Source: Octopus vulgaris
Lineage: Eukaryota
Direction of reading: 5' to 3'
DNA length: 64,000 nt
Assembly: GCA_951406725.2 (NCBI GenBank)
Contig: OX597831.1
Span: 34,906,001 to 34,970,000 of the forward strand
In this document: piece by piece, positions 13,622 to 27,090 of the stretch
Numbering within the stretch: position 1 is the stretch's first letter
Layout: the number at the start of each line of letters is the position of its first letter
Made by a program: the position numbers and the translations under genes
Notes under the pieces: generated by a model
Seen by the model: only the letters and a program-made list of their open reading frames with translations
Told to the model about the DNA's origin: nothing
Database searches by the model: none

Positions 13622-16600
13622 GTAAAAGTTAAAAAAATATACAAACTGGGACAAGAACGTGAAACATTTAGAAGACGACACAAAAAACACAGACGGGACA
13701 TTCGAAGCCTTCAATCTTCAGTCAAGAATCGGATCATCTTCGCAATTTCGGATATTTATATATATATATATATATAATCCCTACCACATGGTGCTGGGTT
13801 CAGTCCCACTGCATGGCATTTTGCACAAATGTCTACTATTGCCTCAGGCCAACAAAAGCCTTCTGAGTGGATTTGGTAGGCAGAAACTGAAAGAGGCCCA
13901 TTGTGTGTGTGTGTGGGGGGGGTTGTCATACATATATTTGTCTGTGTGAATGTTTGTCCCCCATCATTGCTTGACAACTGGTGTTGGTGTGTTTATGTCT
14001 CTGTAACTTAGCGGTTTGGCAGAAGAGACTGATAGACTAAGTACCAGGCATAAAAAAATATAAGTATTGGGGTTGATACATTCAACTAACATTCTTCAAG
14101 TGGTGCCCCAGCATGTCCGCAGCCCTATGACTGAAACAAATAAAAGAATATATATACATATATACATATAGGCTCAGGAGTGGCTGCGTGGTAAGTAGCT
14201 TGCTTACCAACCACATGGTTCTGGGTTCAGTCCCACTGCATGGCACTTTGGGCAACTGTCTTCTATTATAGCCTTGGGCCAATCAAAGGCTTGTGAGTGG
14301 ATTTGGTTGACGGAAACTGAAAGAAGCCTGTTGTATAAGTGTGTGTGTATGTTTGTGTCTGGGTTTGTCCCCTCCATCATTGCTTGACAACTTATGTTGG
14401 TGTGTTTACGTCCCCATAACTTAGCGGTTCAGCAAAAATGACTGATAGAATAAGTGCTAGGCTTACAAAGAATAAGTCCTGGGGTTGATTTGTTTGACCA
14501 AAGGCAGTACTCCAGCATGGCTGCAACAATCAAATAAAAGAATATATATATGTATGTATGTATCGGAAAGGGTTTTTAATAACTCAAACCATGAAATCTA
14601 TAGATATGGTTCTATCCAACTTGTTTTATAAATCCTCACCGTTCATTTTCCTCACCTACAACCTTGTGTACCGGAGTAATAATCTAAGTGATTCATAGAC
14701 CATTTGGGCTCTATTTCTAGCAGACTGGTGTTGTAATCATTCAACACCCTTATAATTTAAAAAATTATATATATAATTTATGTACGGGTATGCATGCGTT
14801 GTCTGGTAAAAGTCAAAACTAGGAAAAAGATTGCACTGCACTACGCCTAAATCCTCACCCCGCCCTTCCAATCAACTTTCTTGATATGGTTTTCTTGAAT
14901 AAGCACGTATATTGTTAAAAAAGTTTTCCTGGTGTTGCCTATTGTTTAGTGCTGTTCTCCCTAATTCTAGAGTTAAAAATTCTGTAGGCACAGGGAACAC
15001 CACTCCTGCATGACAGCCTTACACACACACACACACACACACACATGTTTATATGTTTTACTTTCTCTTAAACTCTGGTAAACTGTACTCTTAAAGAATT
15101 GTTTTGAAATACGCACAACATCAAATACAAAAAAATAAAAGAACTTAAAAAGTATCACTTCTTGGATTCAGAACAAGCTGTCAAATTGCACTGTGAAAAT
15201 GACACACATGCTCACTCACACACATTCTGTCTCTGTCTCTCTCTTTCTCTCTCTAGTGTTTTGGTTATATGTATAGGACTTTTTTTAGTTGTTCATGTGT
15301 ATGTATATATAATATTTAAGTTATGTGCACGTATATGTGTGTATATGTGTTGTGCTATATATAAGAGGGTGTGTGCTGTGGGTATGTATATATGTATATA
15401 TTTCATTGTTGAATTGCTACATGGTGGTTCTTCTCTAATTTATATACATATACATACATATATACACATACATACTTACATACACATATATGTTTGTATA
15501 CATGCTATTTTGGTCGTTGATCAGATTAGTAGACCAGGGATTTGTAGCTGTGTTTACGATGATTTGATCTCACAGTTATGTAGCCAATAAACTCATACCC
15601 ACAGCACACACCCTCATATTCCTTCTTTTTTTTTTTTCTTACTTTCCTTTCTTTTTTCAATTAAAAATGTTGTTTTAAAAATAGTTTGGAAGCAATAAAA
15701 CCACGAATTCTTCAGCACAAAAACAGCTAGTTTAATTTCCACAATGGACAATGACGCCTTTACACCGAAATAGTATTCAGACATAACTAGTATGTGGTAC
15801 ATGCAAAGACCATCTGTGTGATAGTCAAACACTTCTTACTTACTACCATTCCACAACCACTCGGCCACTCTTGAACTGTATCTGCCTTCTATGTGTTCTA
15901 AGCATACAGCTAAGATTTCTGTTCATTCAAATGTGTTGCATGTACACTGCCTTTACCTCTGTTAATCTTGTTAGTCCTACTGTGTCATGCTGTCCTTTGA
16001 CCTGCCATTCCTAACTCTGGGTTCGCAGACCCCTGGGGCTCCACAAAAGATCTATATGCTGGGGATTCATATTCTGTGTTTAAAAATTTGTGAAAGGCTG
16101 CAATGTAAAATCATCATCATCATTTAACATCCGCTTTCTATGCTGGCATGGGTTGGACAGTTTGACTGAGGTCTGGAGAGCCAGCACCTGCACCAGCCTC
16201 CAATCTGATCTGGCAATGTTTCTACAGCTGGATGCCCTTCCTAATGCCAACCACTCCGAGACTGTGGTGGGTGATTTTTATGTGCCATCAGCATGGGAGC
16301 CAGTCAGCGGATACTGGCATCAGCCACGTTCGGATGGTGCTTTTTAACGTGGCCAACGCCAGTAGCCCCTGACTAGCTCCCATGCCAGTGGCACAACGGG
16401 CTTCTTTCAGTTTCCATCTACCAAGTCCACTCACTAGCTATTTTAGCTGCCATCATGGTTTGAACCAGCATACCCAGTGTGCATCTGCTGGCAAAACATC
16501 CATCAAGAACTTAGAATGGGTGGTTCTTTTATCTTTCAGTTGTTTCAATCATTGGACTGTGACTATGCTGGGGCACCACCTTCAAGGGTTAAGTCAAACA

Positions 16601-17471
16601 AATTGACCCCACTACTTATTTCTTTTTGTTTGTCTTTTAAATAAACCTTGTATTTATATCAACCTCTTTTTTTTTACCAAACTGCTAAATTACAGGGACA
16701 TAAACAAACCAGTACCAGTTGTCAACTGGTGGAATGGGACAAACACAACACACACAACACATATGGGCATATATTTATATACACAATGAGTTTCTACTGT
16801 TTCCATCTACCAAATTCACACATAAGGCATTGTTCACCCTGGGGCTATGGAAGAAGACACTTGTCCAAGATGCCATGCAGAGTGACCTATCTGAAACCAC
16901 ATGGCCGCATAGTGAGTGTCTTAACCACTCAACCGTTTTTGTAAACTTTAGAACTCGTTTCCTTGAGATGCATTTCCACCCACCCTGCACTCTCTTAAAA
17001 AATGAAAAAATTTCACAAAACTTTCCAAGAGTTTATAACCTCTTTCTGCGATCCTATTCCTAATTAATTACACTGCCTGTCTTTCATTTAATTTTTGAAA
17101 AATAATCAACAATTTGGAGGATTTTGTGAAATACAGGTTCAGATTTTAGTAGAAGGCTAGCAGTTTTTTTTAGAACATGTGATTAAGTCAGTTATCTTGG
17201 CCCCAGTCCTTGGCTGGTACTTTATTTTATTAACCCTGAAAGGATGAAAGCAATGTTGACCTCAGCAGGATTTGAACTCGGAACATAGAGACTAAAATGT
17301 TGCTAAGCATATTTGTCTGATGTGCTAACTATTCTGCCAGCTCACTGCTTTAAGATTAAAATATCTAATCATTTGTTATTAAGTTGCTGCTTGGAAAATA
17401 TTTTAATTAACAAAAAGAAAAAGTCTTACATAAAATTAAGAAATGAGGATTTTATTTTAAACAAGAACATC

Positions 17472-17700
17472 TATCCCCTTGGCATTTAAACTGGCCATAT
17501 CCACCAAAATATATTACTTGTTTTATGTTTTATGCTCAAACCAGCCAGCTCCAGTCTCTCGCACCTACCCTACAATGTCATTCAAAATTAAACAGCCACA
17601 TCATCAAAATCTCATAACTACAAGATAATGCAAGATTGATTCAAAACCATGTAAATAGATAAGCTTTACATTTGACAAGTAATCTGAATGCTTAAGGGTT
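17472..17700. mobile_element. piggyBac-like MITE (cccttt.gcatttaaac.ggcc ... ctgaatgctaaagggtt)
   Basis: Same family at 19400-19626, 31995-32524 (split by a SINE), 52839-53066, 59797-60412 (split by a SINE) and 63002-63381 (split by a Tc1/pogo-like MITE). The best copies show TTAA-CCC...GGG-TTAA ends. Confidence 0.7.
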
Positions 17701-18142
17701 TTTGTACTACAGAAACAAAAACGTCCCTGGCTGGTTGGTATCAAGTGTTAACTATATCTCATTTATACCTATTTCTTTACTACCCACAAGGGGCTAAACA
17801 CAGAGGGGACAAACAAGGACAGACATACGGATTAAGTTGGTTACATCGACCCCAGTGCGTAACTGGTACTTAATTTATCGACCACGAAAGGATGAAAGGC
17901 AAAGTCGACCTCGGCGGAATTTGAACTCAGAACGTAACGGCAGACGAAATACGGCTACGCATTTCACCCGGCATGCTAGCGTTTCTGCCAGCTTGCCGCC
18001 TTATCTCACTTATACCATTCCTCTTCTCTCTTCCCTTATGACTTATAAATTCAAAACCATCATGTATGAACATAAATGTAAACTCTGCTCTATGATTTAG
18101 CAATTCTTAAAGTCATTTTTCTTCTTTTTTATTCCTCAACAG

Positions 18143-18272
18143 GTTGGACCTAAAAATCCGTTTCTTACACAGCAGTTCTCTGCCGATCGTAATATGCTGT
18201 CGGGTTTCGTAGAAGCAGCACATGTGAATGACTTCCAGTTTGAAACACAACGGCGCACATTTGCTAGTTATG
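18143..18272 (+). CDS. CDC40: CDC40/PRP17 pre-mRNA-processing factor 17, internal exon A (130 nt, phase 0 to 1)
   Basis: Acceptor ...ttcctcaacAG and donor G|GTTAGT. Translates to VGPKNPFLTQQFSADRNMLSGFVEAAHVNDFQFETQRRTFASY(G), matching human PRP17 FGPENPFRTQQMAAPRNMLSGYAEPAHINDFMFEQQRRTFATYG as recalled. The Gly-Pro motif bound by PPIL1 is retained. Confidence 0.96.
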
Positions 18273-18880
18273 GTTAGTAATAAGTACCTCATTTCTTTGA
18301 TAGATTAGACACAAATGTGGCTGTATTGGTAAGATGTTTGCTTCCCAACCATATCGTTGTGGACTCACTCTTACTGTGTGCCACTTTGAGCGAGTGTTTT
18401 CTATCATAGCCCCGGGCCAACCAAAGCCTTGGGAGTGGATTTGGTAGATGCAAACTAAAACAAGACCATCATATGTATGTGTGTGTGTGTGTATGTATTA
18501 TTGTTTCGTCAGCTTAATGTCTTGTGATAGTTGTAAACAAGTGCTACTGCCATGCATGCGGTGTCCTTCATTTCCAGTCCTCCATGGAAACAAGTCAGAT
18601 CATGGGGGAAATATTACCTTTCCTGGAAACAGGTGAGGGTCAGCAACAGGAAGGGCATCCAGCTATAGAAAATCCAACAGAGCAAAATTCTGTCAGACCC
18701 ATGCAAGCATGGAAATGTAGGACATTAGATTGATGTTTATGATTTCAACCAAGCATACAGTCCTTTGTGTTAGGGGTATTGCAAGCCAATTTTCATTCTA
18801 ACTATTCCAATTACACATAATGTATCCTCTTTGGAAAGGAATGAGCATCACAGCTTCCTATCTTACTCCCTCCAAAAGTT

Positions 18881-19240
18881 GTTCGACCGTGGTCGAGACA
18901 ATGGAATTTACCATGCTACGCCAGACTTCACGGTCCATCATGGCATTACGGAGGTCCTGTTGCTGGATGCCTGTATCCCTGGAGATTACATCAGGGTAGG
19001 AGAGTGTGCGCCCTCTGGTATTGCGAGTAGATGGCTTCCAGAGGAGAAGAGTAGAAATTACCTCTTTTTCAGCTCTACAACAATGTCCAGCAAACTGGAC
19101 TCTCTTACCTTTCACAAGAGATAACACAGGTGGTAGTTTCCCATATATTTGCATTTTGGTTGGATGGCGCTTCCACGAGAGATTTTGAGCTCTCATAAGA
19201 AGGCGAGTGTAGGTTCCATCCAACCGCCTCTCAAGCTTCT
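18881..19240 (-). mobile_element. 5'-truncated RTE-like LINE 3' end with target-site duplication
   Basis: Uninterrupted ORF KKLERRLDGTYTRLLMRAQNLSW...QFAGHCCR...AMMDREVWRSMV (post-RT C-terminus). Flanked by a direct repeat ttccta(tc/ct)ttactccctccaaaagtt at 18855-18880 and 19241-19266. Confidence 0.88.
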
Positions 19241-22130
19241 TTCCTACTTTACTCCCTCCAAAAGTTTTTGATCTCATATCACTTCAAGATTTAGGTCCGG
19301 CCTATGGTCCCCACATATAGGTGTAGTCATGGCTGTGTGCTTAAGATGTTTGCTTCCCAAACCCATGGTGGGAAGAGGAGTGCTTGTGTATTCTTGTCTT
19401 ACCCTTTGGCATTTAAACTTTGCTATATCTGGCCAAAATAATCTATGTGTTTTATCTTCAAACTGGCTAGATACAACCTCTTACACTTACCCTACAATAT
19501 CATTCTAAAAATAAACAATTACATCATTAAAATTTCAAAGCTATGTGGTGATGCATGACTAAATCATGTCAGTGTGACTAAATAAACATTACATTTGACA
19601 GATAAATCCGAATGCTAATGGATTAACATTGTATGATGGATGTAGACGGCTGGTGTTATTCATGTCCTTTGTTCTATGGAAACCAGGAAGGGCGTCTCTT
19701 TCTAGAAAATTTCTCTCTCTGTGAATTGCATTTGACTCATACAAACATGGAGAAGTAAACATGAAAACAACAAGGATGACGATTAATTCTCATTGCCTTC
19801 CCATTTAAAAGTGTCTAACTTCATGCCATGACAATATTTAAGTCATTTTTTGGTTCATAAGGGAAACCATTTCAGTTGGCATTATCAGTTCTTTGTAGAT
19901 ATGCATGAGCATCACAACTTCCAGCCTCTCTGCCTGCCTGCCTCTCTCTCTCTCTTCATAAATCTCTTGTTTCATGCTGCCACGATATTCGAGGGGATTA
20001 GAAAAATTCAAGCACACAGCTCTTAATACACACACACACACATATATATATAGATATATAGATATGTGTGTCAAGTGTTATACATACTCTTCACATAACA
20101 GATGCCACCCATATACATGCACAGCGCATTTACACTGTTATTCGGAATGCCATACATCCGATAGCTAAACAGTTCATTCGGTATGTGAAAACATGTTTAA
20201 TGTTAAAAGCCTATTTATATGCTTAAAATGTATTTAGCCAAGCTGTGTGATAAATGACAGACATATTTTATAAACATTACTTTTGCACATGAATTCTTGC
20301 ATCTTTGTTTGTCGAGTAGGTAGCAGTACACATTGATTTAACAGGCCCAACCAAACTTCCTTCTTCATCACTGCCAGTTGATGACATTGTTGCTGCTACT
20401 GGTGTTTGGCTCCAAGTCAGCCTGATCAAGTGCGTTTCAACCATGACCATTCCTGTCTTTTCGGAAATGTTTAGCAACAGATCGGCCCTTTCCAAGTAGA
20501 CCTATAACAAAAAGCTTTCTAGCTGGGGGGTTTTTTTAAATTTTTTATTTTATTTCATGGAGTGTGTGAGGAATTACATTATCTGAAGTAGGGCGTATAT
20601 TGAGGAAGATTTATTATTTTTAGCAATTTGTGGAGTTTGTAGCAGTATTCATTTCCCTAGAAGGATTCACACTCCCAGGATGTTATCCTCGATATTTAGC
20701 CCAAGGTCACCTTGATAAAGTAAACCTATGTTGGATGGTGGTTTTCCCACCTTAGCAAAGATGTCTAGTTGCTACTTTATATCAGTGGCTGTGCATGTCA
20801 TCTGTTGTAGTATATTAGCAGTTGTGTTAGTGGTTGTAACGCGTCACTGGTTGCAACATGTCAATGGTTGTTGTGTAAGGCTTGTTGAGCAATTGAGTGG
20901 CCTCCCTTTTGAATGCATATATGTATGTATATATATGTGTGAAAGCACATGGCTCAGTGGTTAGAGTGTTGGGCTCACAACCATGAGGTGGTGAGTTCAG
21001 TTATTGGATCAGACGCTATGTTGTGTTCTTGAGCAAGACACTTTATTTCACATTGCTCCAGTTCACTCAGTTGTAGAAATGAGTTGCAATGTCCCTCATG
21101 CCAAGCTGTATCAGCCTTTTTACTTCCCTTGGATAACATTGGTGGCATGGAGAGTGGAGGCTGGCATGCATGGACAGCTGCTGGTCTTCCACAAACAACC
21201 GTGCCCAGACTTGTGCCTTGGAGGGGGACTTTCTAGGTGCATCACATGGTCATTCATGATCCAAAGGGGTCTTTACTCTTTTTCTTTTTTTAATGCGTAT
21301 ATGGTTGTAGTAGCAATCTCCAAGTTACGTGAGTAATACCTCTCTCTTATATAGATCCAGCAATTGTCTGAAGCTATATCTGACCCCGTAATGGACATGA
21401 AGTTTTTGAGATGCAGGCTTGGCTGTATATCATCATCATCGTTATACGTCCGTTTTCTATACTGACATGGATTGGACAGTTTGACTGAAAACTGGTAAAT
21501 TGGAGAGCTGCACCAGGTTCCAATCTGATTTGGCATGGTTGCTACAGCTGGATGCCCTTCTTAATGCCACCCACTCTAAGAGTATAGTGGGAGCTTTTTT
21601 TACATGCCACCAGCACAGGTGCCAGTTACGAAATACTGACATTGGCCACAACTGAAATCTCACTTGGCTTGATGGGTCTTCTCAAGCGCGATATATTGTC
21701 AGTGGTCTCAGTAATTTGTCACTACCTCCTTGAGGCCCAAAGTTCAAAGGGTGCCAGTTACGGGATACTGGCATTGGCCATAACTATGGTTTCACTTGGC
21801 TTAACAGGTCTTCGCAAGCACAGCATATCACTGATATATGGCCACTGTGAAAGGAAGGCTCATTAGAGATTGTGAGATCTAATTGTATTTGTGAACTTTC
21901 TTCTGGTTATTTATCTTTCATCATTAGACTACAGCCATACTGAAGAGTTTCAGTTCAATGAATCGATCACAGTACTTTTTTTTTCTTTTTTTTTTTAAAG
22001 CCTGGAACTTGTTCTGTCTCTTTTGCTGTACCACCAAGTTACAAGGATGGAAACAAGCCAACACCAGTTGTCAGTTGGTGCTGGGGGATAAACATAACAC
22101 AAATGCATATGCATATATATATATATCGCA

Positions 22131-22558
22131 GGACGGCCTGCTGTGCTTACCTTGGATCGTAGGGCGACCTGCTGTGCTTGAGGAGACCTATTAAGTCAGG
22201 TACATCAACATCAAAGCATCAAATGGAAATTGTAGTTGTGATACCTGTGCCGGTGGCATGTAAAAAGCATCATTCGTACATGCCCAATGCCAGCGCCGCC
22301 TTGACTGGCTTCCGTGCCAGTGGCACATAAAAAGTGCCAACCGATCGTGGCTGTTGCCAGCCTCCCCTGGCACCTGTGCTAGTGGCACGTAAAAAGCACC
22401 CACTACACTCACGGAGAGGTTGGCGTTAGGAAGGGCATCCAGCTGTAGAAACACTGCCAGATTAGACTGGAGCCTGGTGCAGCCTCCTGGCTTCCCAGAC
22501 CCTGGTCGAACCATCCAACCCATGCTAGCATGGAAAACGGATGTTAGACGATGATGAT
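22131..22558 (+). mobile_element. Family C non-autonomous retroelement (ggcgttaggaagggcatccagctgtagaaa core, internal gtggcacgtaaaaagcacc repeats, (GAT)n tail)
   Basis: Copies at 16110-16400(-), 21430-21830(-), 25000-25315(-), 30783-30962(-), 32030-32355(-), 33970-34320(-), 39085-39418, 46343-46700, 50400-50925(-), 53110-53312(-) and 59850-60228. Copies show variable 5' truncation. Confidence 0.85.
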
Positions 22559-23166
22559 ATATAATACAATGGGCTTCTTTAGTCAGACATTTGGCATGAA
22601 TAGAAAGTGTATGTCATTCAGTGTTTTCTTTTATAGGCAATGCAATAGTAATTTTGTTATAGTTTGGCTGAGGCAAACTCTTGTGTCACTATTGGAGGAT
22701 GCATTCAAGGTCTTGGTTTATGGAAGTAAAACATATCAGATGCAAGGGCGTCAAGTTTACATGTGGATGATGTCCCCATGAGGAAAGGTCATCAAAGAAC
22801 GAAGGGCGGGAGGTGATACTACGTAGAGAGTGTGTGGCTGTTTGGAAGTAAGTGGAAATAGGTTTTTGATGTAGAGAAGGAACTGTGAGAAGACAGAACT
22901 GAAACTTTATGCACACTGAAGTTAATAGGTTATGTAACAGGGAGATAAAGAGAGGGCCCTGTCAACACCTGCTGTGATGGAACAGTCTGAAAACCAAACC
23001 AGCTGATTATAGATGGTTGGAGCCCTACTGGCAAACAAATTTACTCGGATGTTTTCATAGCAGATACAGTTAAATAGCAAAAACATTGTTTTTTTATTAA
23101 AATCCAGAAGGGGTATGATGGTACCAGTGTGGAACTTAGGCCAGCAGAATGCTGGTAGCTCTAATT

Positions 23167-23281
23167 CAGTGGTTCTCAACTAGAGTCCATATGGCCCTTT
23201 AGGGTCCATATAAGATTTTGTTGTTGAAATTTATCTACAATAAATTGTTTATACTTCTGCAATACACAAAATATTTTAACA
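23167..23281. mobile_element. hAT-Charlie-like MITE end
   Basis: Begins cagtggttctcaac. Its reverse complement aligns to 53320-53340 plus 58428-58523. Confidence 0.65.
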
Positions 23282-23695
23282 TTCCGAGTTCAAATCCCTC
23301 TGAAGTCAGTTTTGTCTTTTATCTTTCTAAGGTCAATTAATATAGCACCAGCTTTGTGTGGTATACTGGTGGAATCGTTGGAGCATTGGACTGGGTGCCT
23401 TGTGGTATTTGTTTCAACCCTTTCAATTCTGAATTTAAAGTCCTTCCATGGCCTCAGCAACAACACCTGGTCCTTTAATAGAATTATTCAGCTACAAGCA
23501 TTTTAATGGGATTTATTTGGCTACAAGCATTCAAGCCAGCTTTTTCAGTTTGAAAATATCTTAATCTCTCCCCTCTACTAGTCTTGGGCCCTATAGAAGT
23601 TGATGGGTACTGTCCCTCCTTTCTGATGCATCCCAATTTCAGCAATGTATATTCAAAAAAGAAAATGTGTTTAGTGCATTAAAGAATGTAATATA

Positions 23696-23863
23696 GGCAT
23701 AGAAGTAGCTGTATGGTAAGTAAATAGCTTGCTTACGAACCACATGGTTCTGGGTTCAGTCCCACTGCGTGGCACCTTGGGCAAGTGTCTTCTACTATAG
23801 ACTCGGGCTGACAAAGCCTTGTGAGTGGATTTGGTAGATAGAAACTGAAAGAAGCCCGTCATA

Positions 23864-23903
<40 letters not shown>

Positions 23904-24548
23904 TGTGTGTCTGTGTTTGTCCCCCCAACATTGCTTGACAACCAATGATGGTGTGTTTACGTCTCCGTAACTTAGCAGTTCGGCAAAAGAGACTGATAGA
24001 ATAAGTACTAGGCTTCCAAAGAATAAGTTCTGGGGTTGATTTGCTCGACTAAATGCAGTACTCCAGCATGGCCACAGTCAAATGACTGAGACAAGTAAAA
24101 GAGGAAAGAGGTCCAACTTTGCATGTATCTTTACCTTTTACTTGTTTGAGTTATTTGACTGTGGCCATGCCGGAGCACTGCCTTGAACAATTTTTGCTCA
24201 AACAAATGGACCCTAGTACTCTTTTTTTTTTTTTGGTACGTATTCTATTGGTCTCTTTTGCTGAACTGCTAAGTGACAGGGAAGTAAACACACCAACATT
24301 GGTTGTCTAGCAGTGCTGGCGGGCCAACACAGACACAAAGACAAACCCATACGCCACACACACATAAACATATATGTGTGTGTGTGTGTGTGATGGGCTT
24401 CTCTCAGGTTCCATCTCCCAAATTCACTTGCAAAGCTTTGGTTGACTTAGGACTATAGTAGAAGATACTTGTTTAAGGTGCTATACAGTGGGACTGAACT
24501 TGGAACCACGCAGTTAGAAAACAAGCTACTTACTACACAGCCACACCA
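23696..24548. mobile_element. Two full-length SINE family A copies tail-to-tail (plus 23696-24110, minus 24131-24548)
   Basis: Both carry the head, internal microsatellite and 3' end, about 20 bp apart. Confidence 0.88.
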
Positions 24549-27090
24549 AGGAGCCAGAATTATAGGTTTTTTTTCCTTTTTGTGACATTTTTGGGGAGAA
24601 AAGAAAAATGTGTTAATAGGCCATTACATATGGTAGCTTATTTAAAGTGCCAGAAACTTTAAGAGACAGGCAACGGTGTACACTGAACAGCAAATATATT
24701 CGCATCTATATATTTATTTATCACATTTGCATGATAAATAGGTAAACTACTAGTTGACCTCTCAATATCCATCGTGCTGTATCGATGGGGGATCTTCTTT
24801 ATTGACTTAAGGATGATGGGTTATTTATAAGATCTGGCACTCTTGCCTATCCCACTTGACTTTTACCAGGTGAAATGAAATACTGCTTGGTGCAAATTAA
24901 AACCTGCTTAGCACTTACCCAACAAAATACACACAACGCACATGCTTACTCATATATATATATATACACACACACACATATACGTGTGGGTGTGTATATA
25001 TCATCATCATCGCCATTTAACATCCAATTTCCATGCTGGCATGGGTTGGACGGTTTGACTAAGGATTGGCAAGCCAGAAGGCTGTACCCGGATCCAATCT
25101 AATCTGGCAAAGTTTCTACAGCTAGATGCCACTCCAAATGCCAACCACTCTGAAAGTGTAGTAGGTGCTGTTTATGCACCACCGGCACAAGGTCCCATCA
25201 GGCGGTACTGATATCAACCACACTTGAATGGTGCTTTTTACGTGTCACTGGGTTGGGAAGCAGTCAGGCGGCACTGGCAACAACCACACTCGAATGATCC
25301 TTTTTACATGCCACCAGTTAGTATATATATGTGTATACTTGTGTGTATGTATATATGTGTATACATGTGTGTATGTATATAACGGGAAGCTTTATGAAAA
25401 TAGACAAAAAACGAAGGCAGGTTTACGGAAATAAACAAAAGACGAAGGCAGGTGGAATACAAACAAACAATTGTATTAGTATGGCGCTCAGGAAATATAA
25501 ATAAAACAAGTCTTTAACGTTTCGAGCCTACGCTCTTCAATAGAAAGGTACACAGAGAAAAAACACAGAAAGAAGGAGAGAAAAAAATATGCGTATGTAG
25601 ATATAAGTGTTTATATATATATATTTGTATATACACACACATACATACATGCATACATATGTGTGCCCATATACGTGTGTGTATACACACACACAAACAC
25701 ATGTGTACCCATATATACATACATGTATGTACCCATGCACACATATACATTTGTGTGCCCATGCACACATATACATATGTACCTGTGTATACCACATACA
25801 TACATAATTACATATATATATACATTTGTGTGCATATATACATAAATGCAAGCATGTGTGTTCCTGCCTATTTACACATGTGAAAGGTGCATCAAAAAAG
25901 CATTAAGAAAATTCACCCAGCTGTTTAGAAAAACTAAAACACCCAACAGACAATATCCTTTGAAACGCCACCCCCTTCTTTTTTTTTTTTTTAAATGTGT
26001 TGTATACAGAAAAAAGAACAGATGTCAACCCAATGATGTGAAGTTTAAGGTGAGACGAGTGCAGTAGTAATCCCAATATCAGTCAGCACCGGCCTGCTTG
26101 CTCACCAAGTAATACCGAGAACCTTGCTTAAGCATGACACCATCAAAACATGACTGCCTCGGCTACAAACCAGACTAATCTCAGACTCAGACCCAGATCA
26201 GTCTCTGGTAAAGAAGCTTCTTTTCTTCGAAACTATGAGAGAGAAGGAATGCAGGCTGGTATCTGGTTCAGCCAGTCATCTGTGAGCGGAAGTGGGTGTG
26301 GTGGTGTTGGTGGTGGTGGTGGGGTATAACTTTCTTGTTCATCAGACTTTAACAGCCTCTCCTCCCCCCTTTTGTCTCCCTTCCCAGTCTTCGACTTGCT
26401 CCTTAATATTTCTCTCTGTCTGTCCTAAACAGCCCTGTTCTAGTTATTTATTTATAATCCTCTATGATGAAGGAGGGGCTCTTTTTATTTTTTTTTCATC
26501 ACCATCAGTCAGAGCACATTAAGTCAAGTAAATCCTCTCCGGGAGGGGGGATACTCTCCCCCACCCCAACTCTTTTATCTCTCTCTCTCTCTATCTATCT
26601 ATCTATCCTTGTTCTCTTCTTTGCTTCTCATTCTTGCTCTATTTCAATATAAATGTATTTACACACACATGCACACACTCACATGAAGACACACACATAC
26701 ACATACTGATGCAGACACACATGCATACACATACTCACATGCAGACACACATACATACATACACATCACACACACCCACACACATGCACACATCTTTTAT
26801 CTCTTCTTGTTTCAGTCATTAGACTGCGGCCATGCTGGGGCATTGTCTTGAAGAACTTTTAGTTGAATGAATTGACCCATTTACTATTTTTTTTTAGGTT
26901 TGGTACTTATTTTATCAGATCATTTTGCTGAACCACTAAGTTACACCAGTAATGTAAATAAACACTCTAACACTGGCTGTCAAGTGGTGGTGGTGGTGGA
27001 CACACACATACATGATGGGCTTCTTTCAGTTTCCATCTACCGCATTCACTCACCAGGGGTCTAGCATATTAAAAAACTGAGGTTCAGTAA

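Noticed and set aside
13695-13757. Minus-strand CTGAAGA...GAAT as a hammerhead
   Set aside because: It has GAAT instead of GAAA and no consistent stems I or III.
1-18142. Upstream CDC40 exons (expected ...DP..KEV.YNP.Y..)
   Set aside because: No matching segment was found by eye; they probably lie upstream of the window.
22600-23160. Possible decayed LINE 3' coding fragment
   Set aside because: Only a vague resemblance; no diagnostic motif could be read with confidence.
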